Origin: an uncultured Planctomycetaceae bacterium
GTDB taxonomy: Bacteria > Planctomycetota > Planctomycetia > Planctomycetales > Planctomycetaceae
Length of the DNA: 52,354 nucleotides
Assembly: GCA_964626885.1 (NCBI GenBank)
Contig: CAZVJA010000010.1
Span: 1-52,354, forward strand
Direction: 5' to 3'
Below, in pieces: positions 10,622 through 20,474 of this stretch (position 1 is the stretch's first letter; each line of letters starts with the position of its first letter). The notes under the pieces were generated by a model. That model made no database searches, was not told the origin of the DNA, and worked only from the letters and a program-made list of their open reading frames with translations. Both the position numbers and the translations under genes were made by a program.

Positions 10622-10750
10622 AGGCCGCCGACTTCGCGGAACGGCCGCACGGATGAATCGCAATTCACTTGCCTTGAGCGCTGGTCGTTTCCCAGAATCT
10701 AAGTCTGCGACGCGTCTCCGCTACTCCCCATATGTCAGGTTTCCTAGCGC

Positions 10751-12718
10751 ATGAATATTCTCGCCGAACTCCGACGCCGATTCGAGAAAGCGCTCGCGCC
10801 GCTTGTGCAAAATCCCGCCGACCTCGCGGAACTGGCTGCCATGGTCAAGCCGTCGCAGCAAGATCGGTTCGGAGATTTCCAGGCAAATTGCGCGATGCCT
10901 CTCGGGAAGCAGCGTGGTGAGAATCCGCGCGACCTCGCCGCCAGAATTCTGGAAGGTCTCCAGATCGACGATCTTTGCCTCACACCCGAAGTGGCGGGGC
11001 CGGGTTTCATCAACCTCACGTTGCGAGACGATTGGCTCCAATCGGAACTCGGCCTCAAAGCTTCCGCCGTGGATCTTCGTCCGTCGGCAGTAGACACCAA
11101 GCGAACGTACGTCGTCGACTTCTCGGGGCCGAACATCGCCAAGCCGATGCACGTCGGCCATCTGCGAAGCACCGTCATCGGTGACGCTCTCTGTCGCGTG
11201 TTGCGTTTTCTGGGGCACTCCGTCATCGGCGATAACCACATCGGCGATTGGGGGACCCAATTCGGAATGATCATCTACGGGTACAAACATTTCGTCGATT
11301 CGGTTGCCTTCGCGCGAAATCCTGTTGACGAACTGGCGCGCTTGTATCGTCTGGTCAACCGCTTGTGCGATTACTTCGAGACCAAGGATGCATTGCCTGA
11401 TTGGCAAGAAGAGCTGGCGCGACGCCGAAACGAAGCCGAAGCTGCGAAGAGATCGACCGCTCCGACCGACAAAGAGGGAATGAAAGCGCTCAACAAGCTG
11501 CAGGCGAATGTGCCCGAGCTGGCCGCGCGAGTTGCCAAGGCGGAAGAGGGACTTCGGGAAATCGAAGGGGACTCGCAACTCGCTCAGCTCGTCGCTGCGC
11601 ACCCGCAGATTCTTGTGGAGACACGACTCGAGACCGCACGACTGCATGCCGGAGACGCGGAAAACCGCGGGCTATGGGATTCCTTTCTGCCGAAATGTTT
11701 AGCGGTATTGCAGCAGATGTACGATCGGCTCGATATCAAGTTTGATCTCGCGCTCGGTGAGAGCTTCTATCAGCCGATGTTGGCGGATGTCGTCAGTTCG
11801 CTGGAGTCCGCTGGCTTGGCGCGCGTCAGTGAAGGGGCGACTTGCGTATTCCTGCAAGGTCAGAAAGCTCCGTTCATCATCCGTAAAGGGGATGGCGCCT
11901 TCACATACGGTACGACCGATCTGGCTACGATTCGCTACCGGATCGAGACGTTGCATGCGGACGCCATGCTGTATGTGGTCGATGACCGTCAGGGAGAACA
12001 TTTCCGATCGTTGTTCGAGACCGCTCGCCTGTGGGGATACGGTCAACCGGACTATCGGCACGTGAGCTTTGGAACAATCCTAGGGGAAGACAAGCGACCG
12101 TTCCGCACTCGTTCGGGTGATACCGTGGGACTGGAGAGCCTGCTCGATGAAGCCGTCGCCCGGGCCCGCCAAATCATCGACGAGAACGACGATGCGAAGG
12201 AGACGCCGGAACTTGATGAGGCGACCCGCGCTCAGGTTGCGGAGATCGTCGGCATCGGCGGCATCAAATATGCGGATCTTCACCACAACCGGGAAAGCGA
12301 TTACGTATTCAGTTGGGAGAAGATGCTCGCCAAAACCGGAGACACCGCGACGTACATCCAGTATTCCTACGCGCGGATTTGCGGCATCTTTCGCAAGGGA
12401 AACCTCGATCGGGACGAGTTTCGCCGTCAGGGGCACACCGTGCTGTTGCAACATCCTTCCGAGCGGAATCTCGCGCTGCACCTGTTGCGGTTTCAAGAGG
12501 CGGTCGAGGCGGTTGCCGTGGACTATCGGCCAAATTTGCTGACTCAGCACCTGTTCGAGACGGCCGATCGATTCACGAATTTCTATGAGAACTGTTCGGT
12601 TCTGAAGGAAGAGGACGAGGCACTGCGCAACAGCCGGCTGGTGCTCTGCGATCTGACCGCCCGCACGCTTCGGCAAGGGCTCGAGCTATTGGGAATTCGC
12701 ACCTGCGAGCAAATGTAG
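10751..12718 (+). CDS. argS: arginine--tRNA ligase
   Basis: Class I HIGH motif (PMHVGHLRSTVIGD). Anticodon-binding domain at the C-terminus (DALRNSRLVLCDLTARTLRQGLELLGI). 655 aa with an insertion of about 70 aa. Confidence 0.9.
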   Translation: MNILAELRRRFEKALAPLVQNPADLAELAAMVKPSQQDRFGDFQANCAMPLGKQRGENPRDLAARILEGLQIDDLCLTPEVAGPGFINLTLRDDWLQSELGLKASAVDLRPSAVDTKRTYVVDFSGPNIAKPMHVGHLRSTVIGDALCRVLRFLGHSVIGDNHIGDWGTQFGMIIYGYKHFVDSVAFARNPVDELARLYRLVNRLCDYFETKDALPDWQEELARRRNEAEAAKRSTAPTDKEGMKALNKLQANVPELAARVAKAEEGLREIEGDSQLAQLVAAHPQILVETRLETARLHAGDAENRGLWDSFLPKCLAVLQQMYDRLDIKFDLALGESFYQPMLADVVSSLESAGLARVSEGATCVFLQGQKAPFIIRKGDGAFTYGTTDLATIRYRIETLHADAMLYVVDDRQGEHFRSLFETARLWGYGQPDYRHVSFGTILGEDKRPFRTRSGDTVGLESLLDEAVARARQIIDENDDAKETPELDEATRAQVAEIVGIGGIKYADLHHNRESDYVFSWEKMLAKTGDTATYIQYSYARICGIFRKGNLDRDEFRRQGHTVLLQHPSERNLALHLLRFQEAVEAVAVDYRPNLLTQHLFETADRFTNFYENCSVLKEEDEALRNSRLVLCDLTARTLRQGLELLGIRTCEQM

Positions 12719-12775
12719 CCGAAAACGGCACGAACATCGCTTACGGGCAACGACGAACGGACGCTCGGACCAAGG

Positions 12776-13843
12776 CTACTTGCTGGTCGCGTGGATCTGC
12801 CGGCCAAAGATCATTCGTCCCGCGCTCGATTGCAGGACACTGGTGACGATGACATCGATTTCCTGGCCGACGAGTTGGCTCGCCTGCTCGCAGACGACCA
12901 TTGTTCCGTCATCCAGGTAGCCGACCCCTTGTCCTTGCGACTCTCCTTCCTTGAGGATCTTCGTCCGCAGACGTTCGCCAGGAAGATACCGGGGTTTGAG
13001 TGCGTTTGCGACGTCGTTGAGGTTGACGACTTCAACCCCCTGCACGCTCGCGACTTTGTTGAGATTGAAGTCGTTGGTGACGACCCGTCCCCCCAGCTGC
13101 TTGGCCAATTCAATCAGCCGCTGGTCGACCGAGATTCCTTTGAATTCCTCGTGGTTGGTTTCACGGACGCGAACATCCGCGTGCGGGCTGTTCTGCAGCT
13201 TGTTCAGCACCTCCAAACCGCGTCGTCCGCGCGTGCGGCGTGCCTTGTCGCTGCTGTCGGCGATATCCTGCACTTCCATCAACACGAACTGCGGGACGAC
13301 CAGCTGAGAATCGATCACGTGCGTTTCGACAAGATCCGCAATCCGACCGTCGATGAGCGCGCTGGAATCGACCACCATCGGTCGGCTCCCCTTCAGTTCG
13401 CGGGAAAATTCAACGTACGGAATGACAAACCGGAAATCATCCCGAGTTTGAATGATGAAAGAGACCGACAGATAGGTGATCATCAAGCTCAGCACGGTCG
13501 CGGTGATGTTCCGGAAATAGAGGGGGACGTCGATCGCCGTGAAGAACGGTTGTACGGCCTGAATGACGAGATAGCTCAGCAGAAAGCCGATCATCACCCC
13601 GAAATAGATCGCTGAGATGATCTCGATCCGCTTCTTGCGAACGAGCAAGTCGATAACCATCACCGATTGCGTGATCGCCAGGATCACAAAGAAGGTGAGC
13701 ACTGTATGGCCGGATACCGACGAGGGCATCGAGGCATCTTTGCCCGGCTGCAGATAGGTAACGATTGCCCCTGCACATACGAGCAGGTAGAGCACGCGAA
13801 TCAGGATGATCGCGAATGTCTTGCGTTCCAACAGGTGTGTCAT
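12776..13843 (-). CDS. YacL-like membrane-anchored PIN/TRAM domain protein
   Basis: N-terminal TM helices. PIN core (VVDSSALIDGRIADL...). C-terminal TRAM (GQGVGYLDDGTMVVCEQASQLVGQEIDVIVTSVLQSSAGRMIFG). Confidence 0.75.
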   Translation of the reverse strand: MTHLLERKTFAIILIRVLYLLVCAGAIVTYLQPGKDASMPSSVSGHTVLTFFVILAITQSVMVIDLLVRKKRIEIISAIYFGVMIGFLLSYLVIQAVQPFFTAIDVPLYFRNITATVLSLMITYLSVSFIIQTRDDFRFVIPYVEFSRELKGSRPMVVDSSALIDGRIADLVETHVIDSQLVVPQFVLMEVQDIADSSDKARRTRGRRGLEVLNKLQNSPHADVRVRETNHEEFKGISVDQRLIELAKQLGGRVVTNDFNLNKVASVQGVEVVNLNDVANALKPRYLPGERLRTKILKEGESQGQGVGYLDDGTMVVCEQASQLVGQEIDVIVTSVLQSSAGRMIFGRQIHATSK

Positions 13844-13960
13844 GTGGGACCGTCTTAGGCTGATGTGTGGATACGTTCATCATAAGGAACGCTGGAGAGG
13901 TTTGCCACTCCCGGATTCCCGCGCGAGAAAACCTGCGGGAATTTCCGCACTTTCAGCCGG

Positions 13961-14503
13961 TTAGGGGGAATCCCCCAGCGCGTCCGTCAAGACATGGTAC
14001 ATGGCGTTCAGAGATTGCGGGATGACGTTGACGTCCGCGAGGACCGGCATAAAGCTGGTGTCACCATTCCACCGCGGCACCAGGTGCCAGTGGATGTGTC
14101 CCGGCAACCCGGCACCCGCGACGCGTCCCAAATTCACGCCGATGTTAAAACCATCGGGCGAGAAGATCTGCTTGAACAGTGCGGTCATCCTTCGCAGTTG
14201 CTGCGCGCACTCCAGCAGTTCGGCGTCGTTCAACTCCTCCAGACCTGCTTTGTGTTCGCGAGGTGCGACCAGCAAGTGCCCGTTGTTATAGGGAAATCGG
14301 TTCAGGACGACCAATGTACTCTCGCCACGCGCGACGACGAGATTTTCGGGGTCGGAATGCTGATCGCGACACCGGCAAAGGAAGCAGTCTTCCTGCACGC
14401 CGCTTCCGGGGTGTTTCTGATCTTTATTATTCAGGATGTAGGCCAATCGCCATGGGGCCCAAATTTGCTCGTGGGTCACAATTTCGGTTCCCTGGGAGAT
14501 CAC
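13961..14503 (-). CDS. HIT family hydrolase
   Basis: Histidine triad GHIHWHLVPRW. Upstream NRFPYNNGHLLVAPREH. Confidence 0.75.
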   Translation of the reverse strand: MISQGTEIVTHEQIWAPWRLAYILNNKDQKHPGSGVQEDCFLCRCRDQHSDPENLVVARGESTLVVLNRFPYNNGHLLVAPREHKAGLEELNDAELLECAQQLRRMTALFKQIFSPDGFNIGVNLGRVAGAGLPGHIHWHLVPRWNGDTSFMPVLADVNVIPQSLNAMYHVLTDALGDSP

Positions 14504-14931
14504 TGTGGAATGGCGAGCAGTTGGCCGCGCTGCAATACAGAACTTGGCTCTAGGCCGTTCATTTTCAGCAGACGGTCCACGGTTGTGCCATAACGGCGAG
14601 CGACGGAGGTCGCCGTGTCGCCCGGAAGGACTTCGTGGTAGATCACCTCGCCGGTTTTCGACGGGAGTGTCACGGCGGACGAAGCCGGCACGCGCGGAAC
14701 GTTCTGGAGATCCGTCGGTGCCAGTCTTCCCGCCGGATTACCGATGGAGACAGGTTGCCCCGGCCGCAGCCCCCCTGAAGAACGCGAAGCAGAACCCGAC
14801 TCAACCAGCGGCGAGCCACAACCGGTAAAGAACAAAAATGCTCCCAGGAGACACACCGTACCGATTCGCCCATTTGTGCCGAGGGGCGCACCGTTGCTCG
14901 TTTGCACGTTCTGAGGCATCAGCATTTTCAA
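14500..14931 (-). CDS. LysM-domain lipoprotein
   Basis: Lipobox-like LLGAFLFFTGCGSP. C-terminal LysM (YHEVLPGDTATSVARRYGTTVDRLLKMNGL). Confidence 0.65.
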   Translation of the reverse strand: MKMLMPQNVQTSNGAPLGTNGRIGTVCLLGAFLFFTGCGSPLVESGSASRSSGGLRPGQPVSIGNPAGRLAPTDLQNVPRVPASSAVTLPSKTGEVIYHEVLPGDTATSVARRYGTTVDRLLKMNGLEPSSVLQRGQLLAIPQ

Positions 14932-15136
14932 GGTGATCCCACAACGCGATTGGCTGAGATCCTAATTGCTCCATACACCGCATTGTCATGAAGCGTAACG
15001 TGAAGCCCCGAAGCCGCGCGTATTTTAGTCGATACGATCCCGCAGGCAAGATGGACTGCGCTCTGGCGGCGTCCTGTGTTAGGCGTTCTTTCGTACGTGG
15101 GAATGTCGCCCGCGAGGCGACAGGGGACATTTGCCG

Positions 15137-15772
15137 TCACGCCGCTCCACGGGCATTCCCCGCGCCTCGGACGTGTCGTCCCTTGCGATAGATCCGTGCA
15201 TGTACGTCGTCGAGAATCCAGTGAAACAAGAGCAAGTGAATTGATTCCACCAGTCCCATGTCATCGCTCGGTACGTGAAGGTTTTCCTGGGCCAAGTCCT
15301 GGAGTTTACCACCGCTGAATCCGGTGATACCCCAGGTGCGCAGGCTCTGGCGATTGGCCCAGGTAACCGCGTTCAGCACGTTCGGGCTGTTGCCGCTGCC
15401 GCTGATGGCAATCAGCATGTCATCCGGCGATGCGTAGGTTTTGAGTTGCTCGACGAAGATGCGGTCGAAGCCTTCGTCATTCCCCCAGGCGAGAATGCCG
15501 GATGTATTATCGGTCAAACTCAGCACCTTGAGTCGTTTGACGGAGTCGTTGTTGAAGTCCGACCGATCGAGCGTGCTCTTCGCCAGATCCTCGCAGATGT
15601 GCGAGGAGGTCGAACCGCTGCCGCCGTTCCCGCAAAGAAACACGAACCGACCATCAACATAGGCGGCATGAATTTCCTGTGCGAGACGCTCGACGTTGCT
15701 CATGTCGATACGACTACAGATCTCCGAACAACGGTTCAGATAAGCAAACGGACTCAGATCGGCTCCGATCAT
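15137..15772 (-). CDS. gmhA: SIS-domain phosphoheptose isomerase (D-sedoheptulose-7-phosphate isomerase)
   Basis: [21 protein letters not shown] and [14 protein letters not shown], typical of GmhA. Confidence 0.75.
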   Translation of the reverse strand: MIGADLSPFAYLNRCSEICSRIDMSNVERLAQEIHAAYVDGRFVFLCGNGGSGSTSSHICEDLAKSTLDRSDFNNDSVKRLKVLSLTDNTSGILAWGNDEGFDRIFVEQLKTYASPDDMLIAISGSGNSPNVLNAVTWANRQSLRTWGITGFSGGKLQDLAQENLHVPSDDMGLVESIHLLLFHWILDDVHARIYRKGRHVRGAGNARGAA

Positions 15773-15965
15773 GGTCGTGGTCCTTCACGATTATCGATGG
15801 TGCGGAATTCGAAGAGGAGATTAACAGAGGCGAGTGTGCCGCCGGGAGGGCGGGGCGTAATGTAGCGATTCCCGCGAAACGCGCACAGACGAGCTTTTCC
15901 CGGCAGCCCGACGGCGACGATCAACGGCGAAATGCCCCCATCTTTCAGAGAGATCAACGACGCGT

Positions 15966-16928
15966 TTACAGCTTCAAATGCGCCAAGGCATCCGCCGGGG
16001 GCATCACGTAGCCGATGTAAAACGGTCCGAATTCCGCGTAGCGGGCGGAAGCCTGATCGAACCGCATTGTATAGACGATTTCCTTGATATGTTCCGGTGC
16101 GCGGCTCCAGAGGGTGACTCCCCATTCCCAGTCGTCGAAGCCGGTCGAGGCGGTGATCAACTGGCTCACCCGCCCCGCGAAACGAATTCCCGAGGTGGCA
16201 TGCTCCGCCATCAAGGAACTTCGGACGCTGAACGGCTCGGTGTACCAGTTGGCGAGCGGATGTCGAATCTTGTTCATCGGGTAGAAGCAGACGACCGGAA
16301 ACGGGGGAATATCGGGATACAGCCGCTGCTTGTTCATCGCCGGCAGCCGCTGTCCGTAGGCGTTGAGCTTCGCGGCATAAGCGGGATCGGCGGGGTCGGT
16401 TCCTTCAAGTCTCAATCGTTCGCCATACTGTTCGATGGTCGGAACGTATTCCGAAACCTCGGTAATCGAAACGAACGACCAGGCCGGTTCGAGAACCGTG
16501 CCGAATCGGCTGGCGCGAATCGCCTGGGGGATCGCATCGATCAACAGCGGATCGGCATCCATGATCATCAATCCGAGATCGGCCTTATGCCCCGAGACGA
16601 CCGAGGTCTGGATTCTGGCCGGCGCTCCGTCACGCTCTGGATCGAGGATCCGATAAATCTCCTCGCGTCCCTGAGCGCGGTCCGCATCGGAAATTTGAGC
16701 GAGTTCTTTCTGGTTCACTCGATAATACAGGTGCAGGCAATGCCACCCTTCCGCGAGCCGGACAGTCGGCTCGGCGAGCGATTGCGGAGCGGGAGCGTGT
16801 GACGAAGCAGGTCGATTCACGGCGAACCTCGGTAGTCTCTCAATGGTTTTGGAATGCCGCCGCAACACTGGGGATCCGCGGCGACAGCCAGATTCTAGCG
16901 CACCAGGCAGCGACGCGAAAGCGAGCAC
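15966..16928 (-). CDS. chlorite dismutase family protein (Cld/HemQ-like)
   Basis: EGWHCLHLYYRV and FDDWEWGVTLWS...FGPFYIGYV resemble the Cld/coproheme decarboxylase fold. The N-terminal 60 aa may be extension or spurious. Confidence 0.5.
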   Translation of the reverse strand: MLAFASLPGALESGCRRGSPVLRRHSKTIERLPRFAVNRPASSHAPAPQSLAEPTVRLAEGWHCLHLYYRVNQKELAQISDADRAQGREEIYRILDPERDGAPARIQTSVVSGHKADLGLMIMDADPLLIDAIPQAIRASRFGTVLEPAWSFVSITEVSEYVPTIEQYGERLRLEGTDPADPAYAAKLNAYGQRLPAMNKQRLYPDIPPFPVVCFYPMNKIRHPLANWYTEPFSVRSSLMAEHATSGIRFAGRVSQLITASTGFDDWEWGVTLWSRAPEHIKEIVYTMRFDQASARYAEFGPFYIGYVMPPADALAHLKL

Positions 16929-16985
16929 GTCGCGTAAAATCCGTTCCTTGCCGGAACATGGAAAAGTTCTGACCGGGTCGCCTGC

Positions 16986-19166
16986 TCAGCGCTCTGCTCC
17001 GCCAGCCGATTCCGGGGAGCGCCGCGCGTCCTCATGCTGCACAGTGATACGACCGTCGGTCCAACCAAGATTCTTCCCCACGGCGATTGGGTAATCCCAT
17101 CCGGACGACTGAGCCTGGAAGAGATGGACCGGAGTATGCTCCGCCGCCATCCCCACCGCCTGTGGAATGTCCAAAAACCGCATCACATTCAGAAAGTCGG
17201 GCCCAGACTGGTGAGTGGTCGGCAACTGATGCAGGTTGAGTCGCGCAATTCCTGTCTCGAACAATGCGGCGTAGAGGGTGGCGACACTGCTCTCAGAGTG
17301 TGCATCGATAATCAGAGCCGTCTCCTGCAGTCCCGGCAGGGATCGCAGCGACTGAATCGCGCGACGCATGTCCCAAACCCGCATCCCGTCGAGCGTTTGT
17401 CCCAGCAACATGAACCGGCGGCGAATGTGTGTTCGCTTCTTCGGATCGCGGGTCCATTCAGTCGGCCCGATGCCGCGCGGCGCGACATACGCATGAATCT
17501 CCGCCGACGATTCAAGATTTTTCCGCATCCGCGTCATTGCTTGCTCATCGGGAAGCACGCGTTCCTCATCTTTCAGTTGCGCGGGCAACGATGCGCTGAA
17601 GGTTCCCAGAAACTCCCGCCACCCGGCGTCATCGAGCACGTGAAGCACGACGCGCTCAGCCTTGGCCAGTTCCAGGTCTGCTCGTCGTACGAGGAACAAC
17701 CGCAATCGGATCTTCTCCTGGCTGGTGAAGTCATAAGCGTCCACTTTCAGCAAGCCGCACGGGACCGAGAATGCCTGTTCGACGTCTAATTGCGCGCCCC
17801 CGTCGACAGGGTCAGTCGGCCAACCGCGGAAACATTTTTCGCGGAGATTCTTCAGCCATCCGTCGCGCTGTGCGGTCCATTCATTCACGGATTTCGGTGG
17901 TGTGAATTCTTCATGGCTCGGTACGAACGATTCCTGAATCTTTGTATTGCGTTCGTCTGTGGGGAGTTGACCGAAGACCCGGAGATCTGCCGGGGTGGCG
18001 AACGGCAGGGCCGCCATTTCAATCGGCGGGTCCTCTCCCTTGAGGTGCCGGTTGAACCAGTGAAACGCGGCGATCTGCAATTCTTGCGAATCGACGTGTG
18101 GGCCGTCGGAAATCTGCAGACCAATCTTATCGAGCGCGCCTTGCAGCTCATAAATACGGCGCGTCTTGTTGTAAACATCGACCACTCCATCGAGCGGAAA
18201 GATGCGGTCCTTGTCGGTGTTGGTGATCAACAGTGGCCGAGGAGAAACGAGCGCTGCGACCTGCGGATAGTCCCACTGGTAGGTGTTCACCGGGTACATG
18301 CAATCGCAGTGTCCTTCGACGCAGCCGTCGACAACGTGATTCTTGAGGCTCGTAATCCCTGCTACCGGGACCGCCACCTTGATGCGATCGTCGAGAGCCG
18401 CCACCCACCAGGAATACGCGCCGCCGCCGGACCGTCCCGTGACACCGAAACGATCCGCGTCCACTTCCGGTCGCGTTTCCAGGTAATCGAGCGCACGAAT
18501 ACTGTTCCACGCTTCGACCCCTGCCGGCGTGTAGCCCCGCGAGTTCCACCACCACATCCCTTCGCGGTACGTGCCGTGATGAAGTCCCTCAATCTCGCCG
18601 AGTTGCAAGGTGTCGATCATCAAACACACGTATCCATTCCGCGCGAACCAGGCGCCGTGGTGCCGGTAGTGTGTCTTGTTGCCGAAGCTGATGCCGTCTT
18701 TTTTCTCCTGCCCATGCCCGCAAACGTATAGGATCGTCGGCAGCTTTCCCTTCACTTCCGTTGGCCGGTACAAGTTGCCCGTGACGTACAACCCCGGCAT
18801 CGATTGGAACTCGACCTTCTCAACGACAAACCCGGGTTGCTCGAAGGTTCCGGTCACCATCGGCTCCAGCGGAGTCCGTTCCGGCAGCGGATCGAGAGAG
18901 AGCATCTCGCGCAACTGCCGGCGATATTCGTCCCGATGCTTCTCCCAATCGATCGCTGAGCTGATTTTGGAAAGGCAAGCGTCGGTCAGGCGGTGCGTCT
19001 CGGCGCGAAAATAGTCGGCGATCATCCGATCACCGCGGCTAGTGTCGTAGGGAGTTTCGTCCTTCCCCTTGGGAGAAGCTTCTTTCGGCGCGGCGGAACT
19101 CGGTTCCACGGCAGTAATGAAATACAAAACGATCAACAGCGTAAGCATCGCTGGCGGACGAATCAT
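16986..19166 (-). CDS. secreted alpha/beta hydrolase (acetyl-xylan esterase / S9 peptidase-like)
   Basis: Signal peptide MIRPPAMLTLLIVLYFITAVEPSSAAP. Nucleophile elbow GVTGRSGGG. 745 aa ORF, start placed at the internal Met. Confidence 0.6.
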   Translation of the reverse strand: MIRPPAMLTLLIVLYFITAVEPSSAAPKEASPKGKDETPYDTSRGDRMIADYFRAETHRLTDACLSKISSAIDWEKHRDEYRRQLREMLSLDPLPERTPLEPMVTGTFEQPGFVVEKVEFQSMPGLYVTGNLYRPTEVKGKLPTILYVCGHGQEKKDGISFGNKTHYRHHGAWFARNGYVCLMIDTLQLGEIEGLHHGTYREGMWWWNSRGYTPAGVEAWNSIRALDYLETRPEVDADRFGVTGRSGGGAYSWWVAALDDRIKVAVPVAGITSLKNHVVDGCVEGHCDCMYPVNTYQWDYPQVAALVSPRPLLITNTDKDRIFPLDGVVDVYNKTRRIYELQGALDKIGLQISDGPHVDSQELQIAAFHWFNRHLKGEDPPIEMAALPFATPADLRVFGQLPTDERNTKIQESFVPSHEEFTPPKSVNEWTAQRDGWLKNLREKCFRGWPTDPVDGGAQLDVEQAFSVPCGLLKVDAYDFTSQEKIRLRLFLVRRADLELAKAERVVLHVLDDAGWREFLGTFSASLPAQLKDEERVLPDEQAMTRMRKNLESSAEIHAYVAPRGIGPTEWTRDPKKRTHIRRRFMLLGQTLDGMRVWDMRRAIQSLRSLPGLQETALIIDAHSESSVATLYAALFETGIARLNLHQLPTTHQSGPDFLNVMRFLDIPQAVGMAAEHTPVHLFQAQSSGWDYPIAVGKNLGWTDGRITVQHEDARRSPESAGGAER

Positions 19167-19223
19167 GGGGTTCCCTGTTGCGCACAGAACATTTGAGAGA
19201 CTGTCGCGGGCACCGATCAACAC

Positions 19224-20315
19224 TCAGCAATCCACAGCATAACGCCTGAGCTTCGCTGGATCTCCCTCGATTCCCAATCCGGGGCGTGTCGGCACGTCGA
19301 TTTTCCCGGCGACGATTCGGAACGGCTCGGTGATCACATCGTCCTCCAGGCCGTCGTAGGTGCTGTCGTTGGCCAGCGAATATGCGGGGCAAGCAGCGGC
19401 GATGTGCAACATGGCGGCTGTCTTCGGTCCGAGATCGTGCCCGCAATGCATGATGCAGGGAATCCCCGCTGCTTCACAGATTTGGCCGATCTGCACGCAC
19501 GGAAGAATTCCACCGGCGCAATGGGTGTCGGGGAGCAGAAACGCCGCAGCCTCCGCGCGGAGAATATTCCACACGCTGGCCGGATCGCTCACGCTTTCGT
19601 TGAGCGCGATCGGCGTCGTCGTGCTTCGTCTTAATTCCCGCGCATCAGAAAGCGGTTCCGCCGGAATCGGTTGTTCGAAGTATTCCAATGCAAACTGTTC
19701 GAGTCTACGAGCCAGTTCAAGAGCTTGCGCCGGTGTGTAGGCTCGGTTTGGATCGACGCGCAGCTTGAGTCGGTTGCCCACGGCATCGCGAACTCCGCGG
19801 ACCATTTGAAAATCTTCCTCGGGATCAGCCCCGGCTTTCATCTTGAGAGTCGAATAGCCGAGTTCCGCGTAATGCGTGGCTAGTTCGCCGGCGCGTTCAT
19901 AGGATTGAATCCCCATGCAGGCCGCCAGTTCGATTCGAGGGCGCATGATCCCTCCCAGCAGGACCGCCACCGGAACGCCCAGCGCTTTGCCGCGCAAATC
20001 CCAGAGGGCCATTTCAAGTCCCGACTTGAGGCGGGTTTCCAGAGGGCAATCTCGATGAAAGGCTGTGACGTTGAGCGGATCGCGGCCGACGGCCCAGCGT
20101 GTCGCTTCCTGTTGCATGCGGCGAGCACTCACGTCGGGAAGGAAATTGACATTATGTTCCCCCCAGCCGGTGAGCCCTTCATCCGTGTCTACCTGGACGA
20201 TTGCACTGCTTGTCGCAGAACTGGTCCGAAGATGCGATCGATATGGCGCCACGGGTGAAACCTGCGGGACTTCGACCACCGTGACGGAAACATTCGTAAT
20301 TTTCATCGATCTCAC
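19224..20315 (-). CDS. enolase-superfamily enzyme (mandelate racemase/muconate lactonizing family, dipeptide epimerase-like)
   Basis: MKITNVSVTVV...LKMKAGADPEEDFQMVRGVRDAVGNRLKLRVDPNRAYTPAQALE...EQPIPAEPL...IALNESV, the Mg-binding D/E/D pattern. Confidence 0.8.
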   Translation of the reverse strand: MRSMKITNVSVTVVEVPQVSPVAPYRSHLRTSSATSSAIVQVDTDEGLTGWGEHNVNFLPDVSARRMQQEATRWAVGRDPLNVTAFHRDCPLETRLKSGLEMALWDLRGKALGVPVAVLLGGIMRPRIELAACMGIQSYERAGELATHYAELGYSTLKMKAGADPEEDFQMVRGVRDAVGNRLKLRVDPNRAYTPAQALELARRLEQFALEYFEQPIPAEPLSDARELRRSTTTPIALNESVSDPASVWNILRAEAAAFLLPDTHCAGGILPCVQIGQICEAAGIPCIMHCGHDLGPKTAAMLHIAAACPAYSLANDSTYDGLEDDVITEPFRIVAGKIDVPTRPGLGIEGDPAKLRRYAVDC

Positions 20316-20474
20316 GACTCGTTTTCGTATGGCATAATCAACAGGCGGTGCGAATGCATTACCGAATTGAATCGCGCCGAGCCCTGGCCGGAATGATTCG
20401 GGATTTTCTGGTGCATTCCGAGGGGCGATGTTTCCTTGACGTTAGACATGCGCAAGACGTGCTTATCAGTCGAG

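Noticed and set aside
10721-11647. 308-aa minus-strand ORF
   Set aside because: Antisense to argS.
12791-13615. 274-aa plus-strand ORF
   Set aside because: Antisense to the YacL-like PIN/TRAM gene.
17034-18731. Two consecutive plus-strand ORFs (251 and 313 aa)
   Set aside because: Both lie antisense to the 745-aa hydrolase gene.
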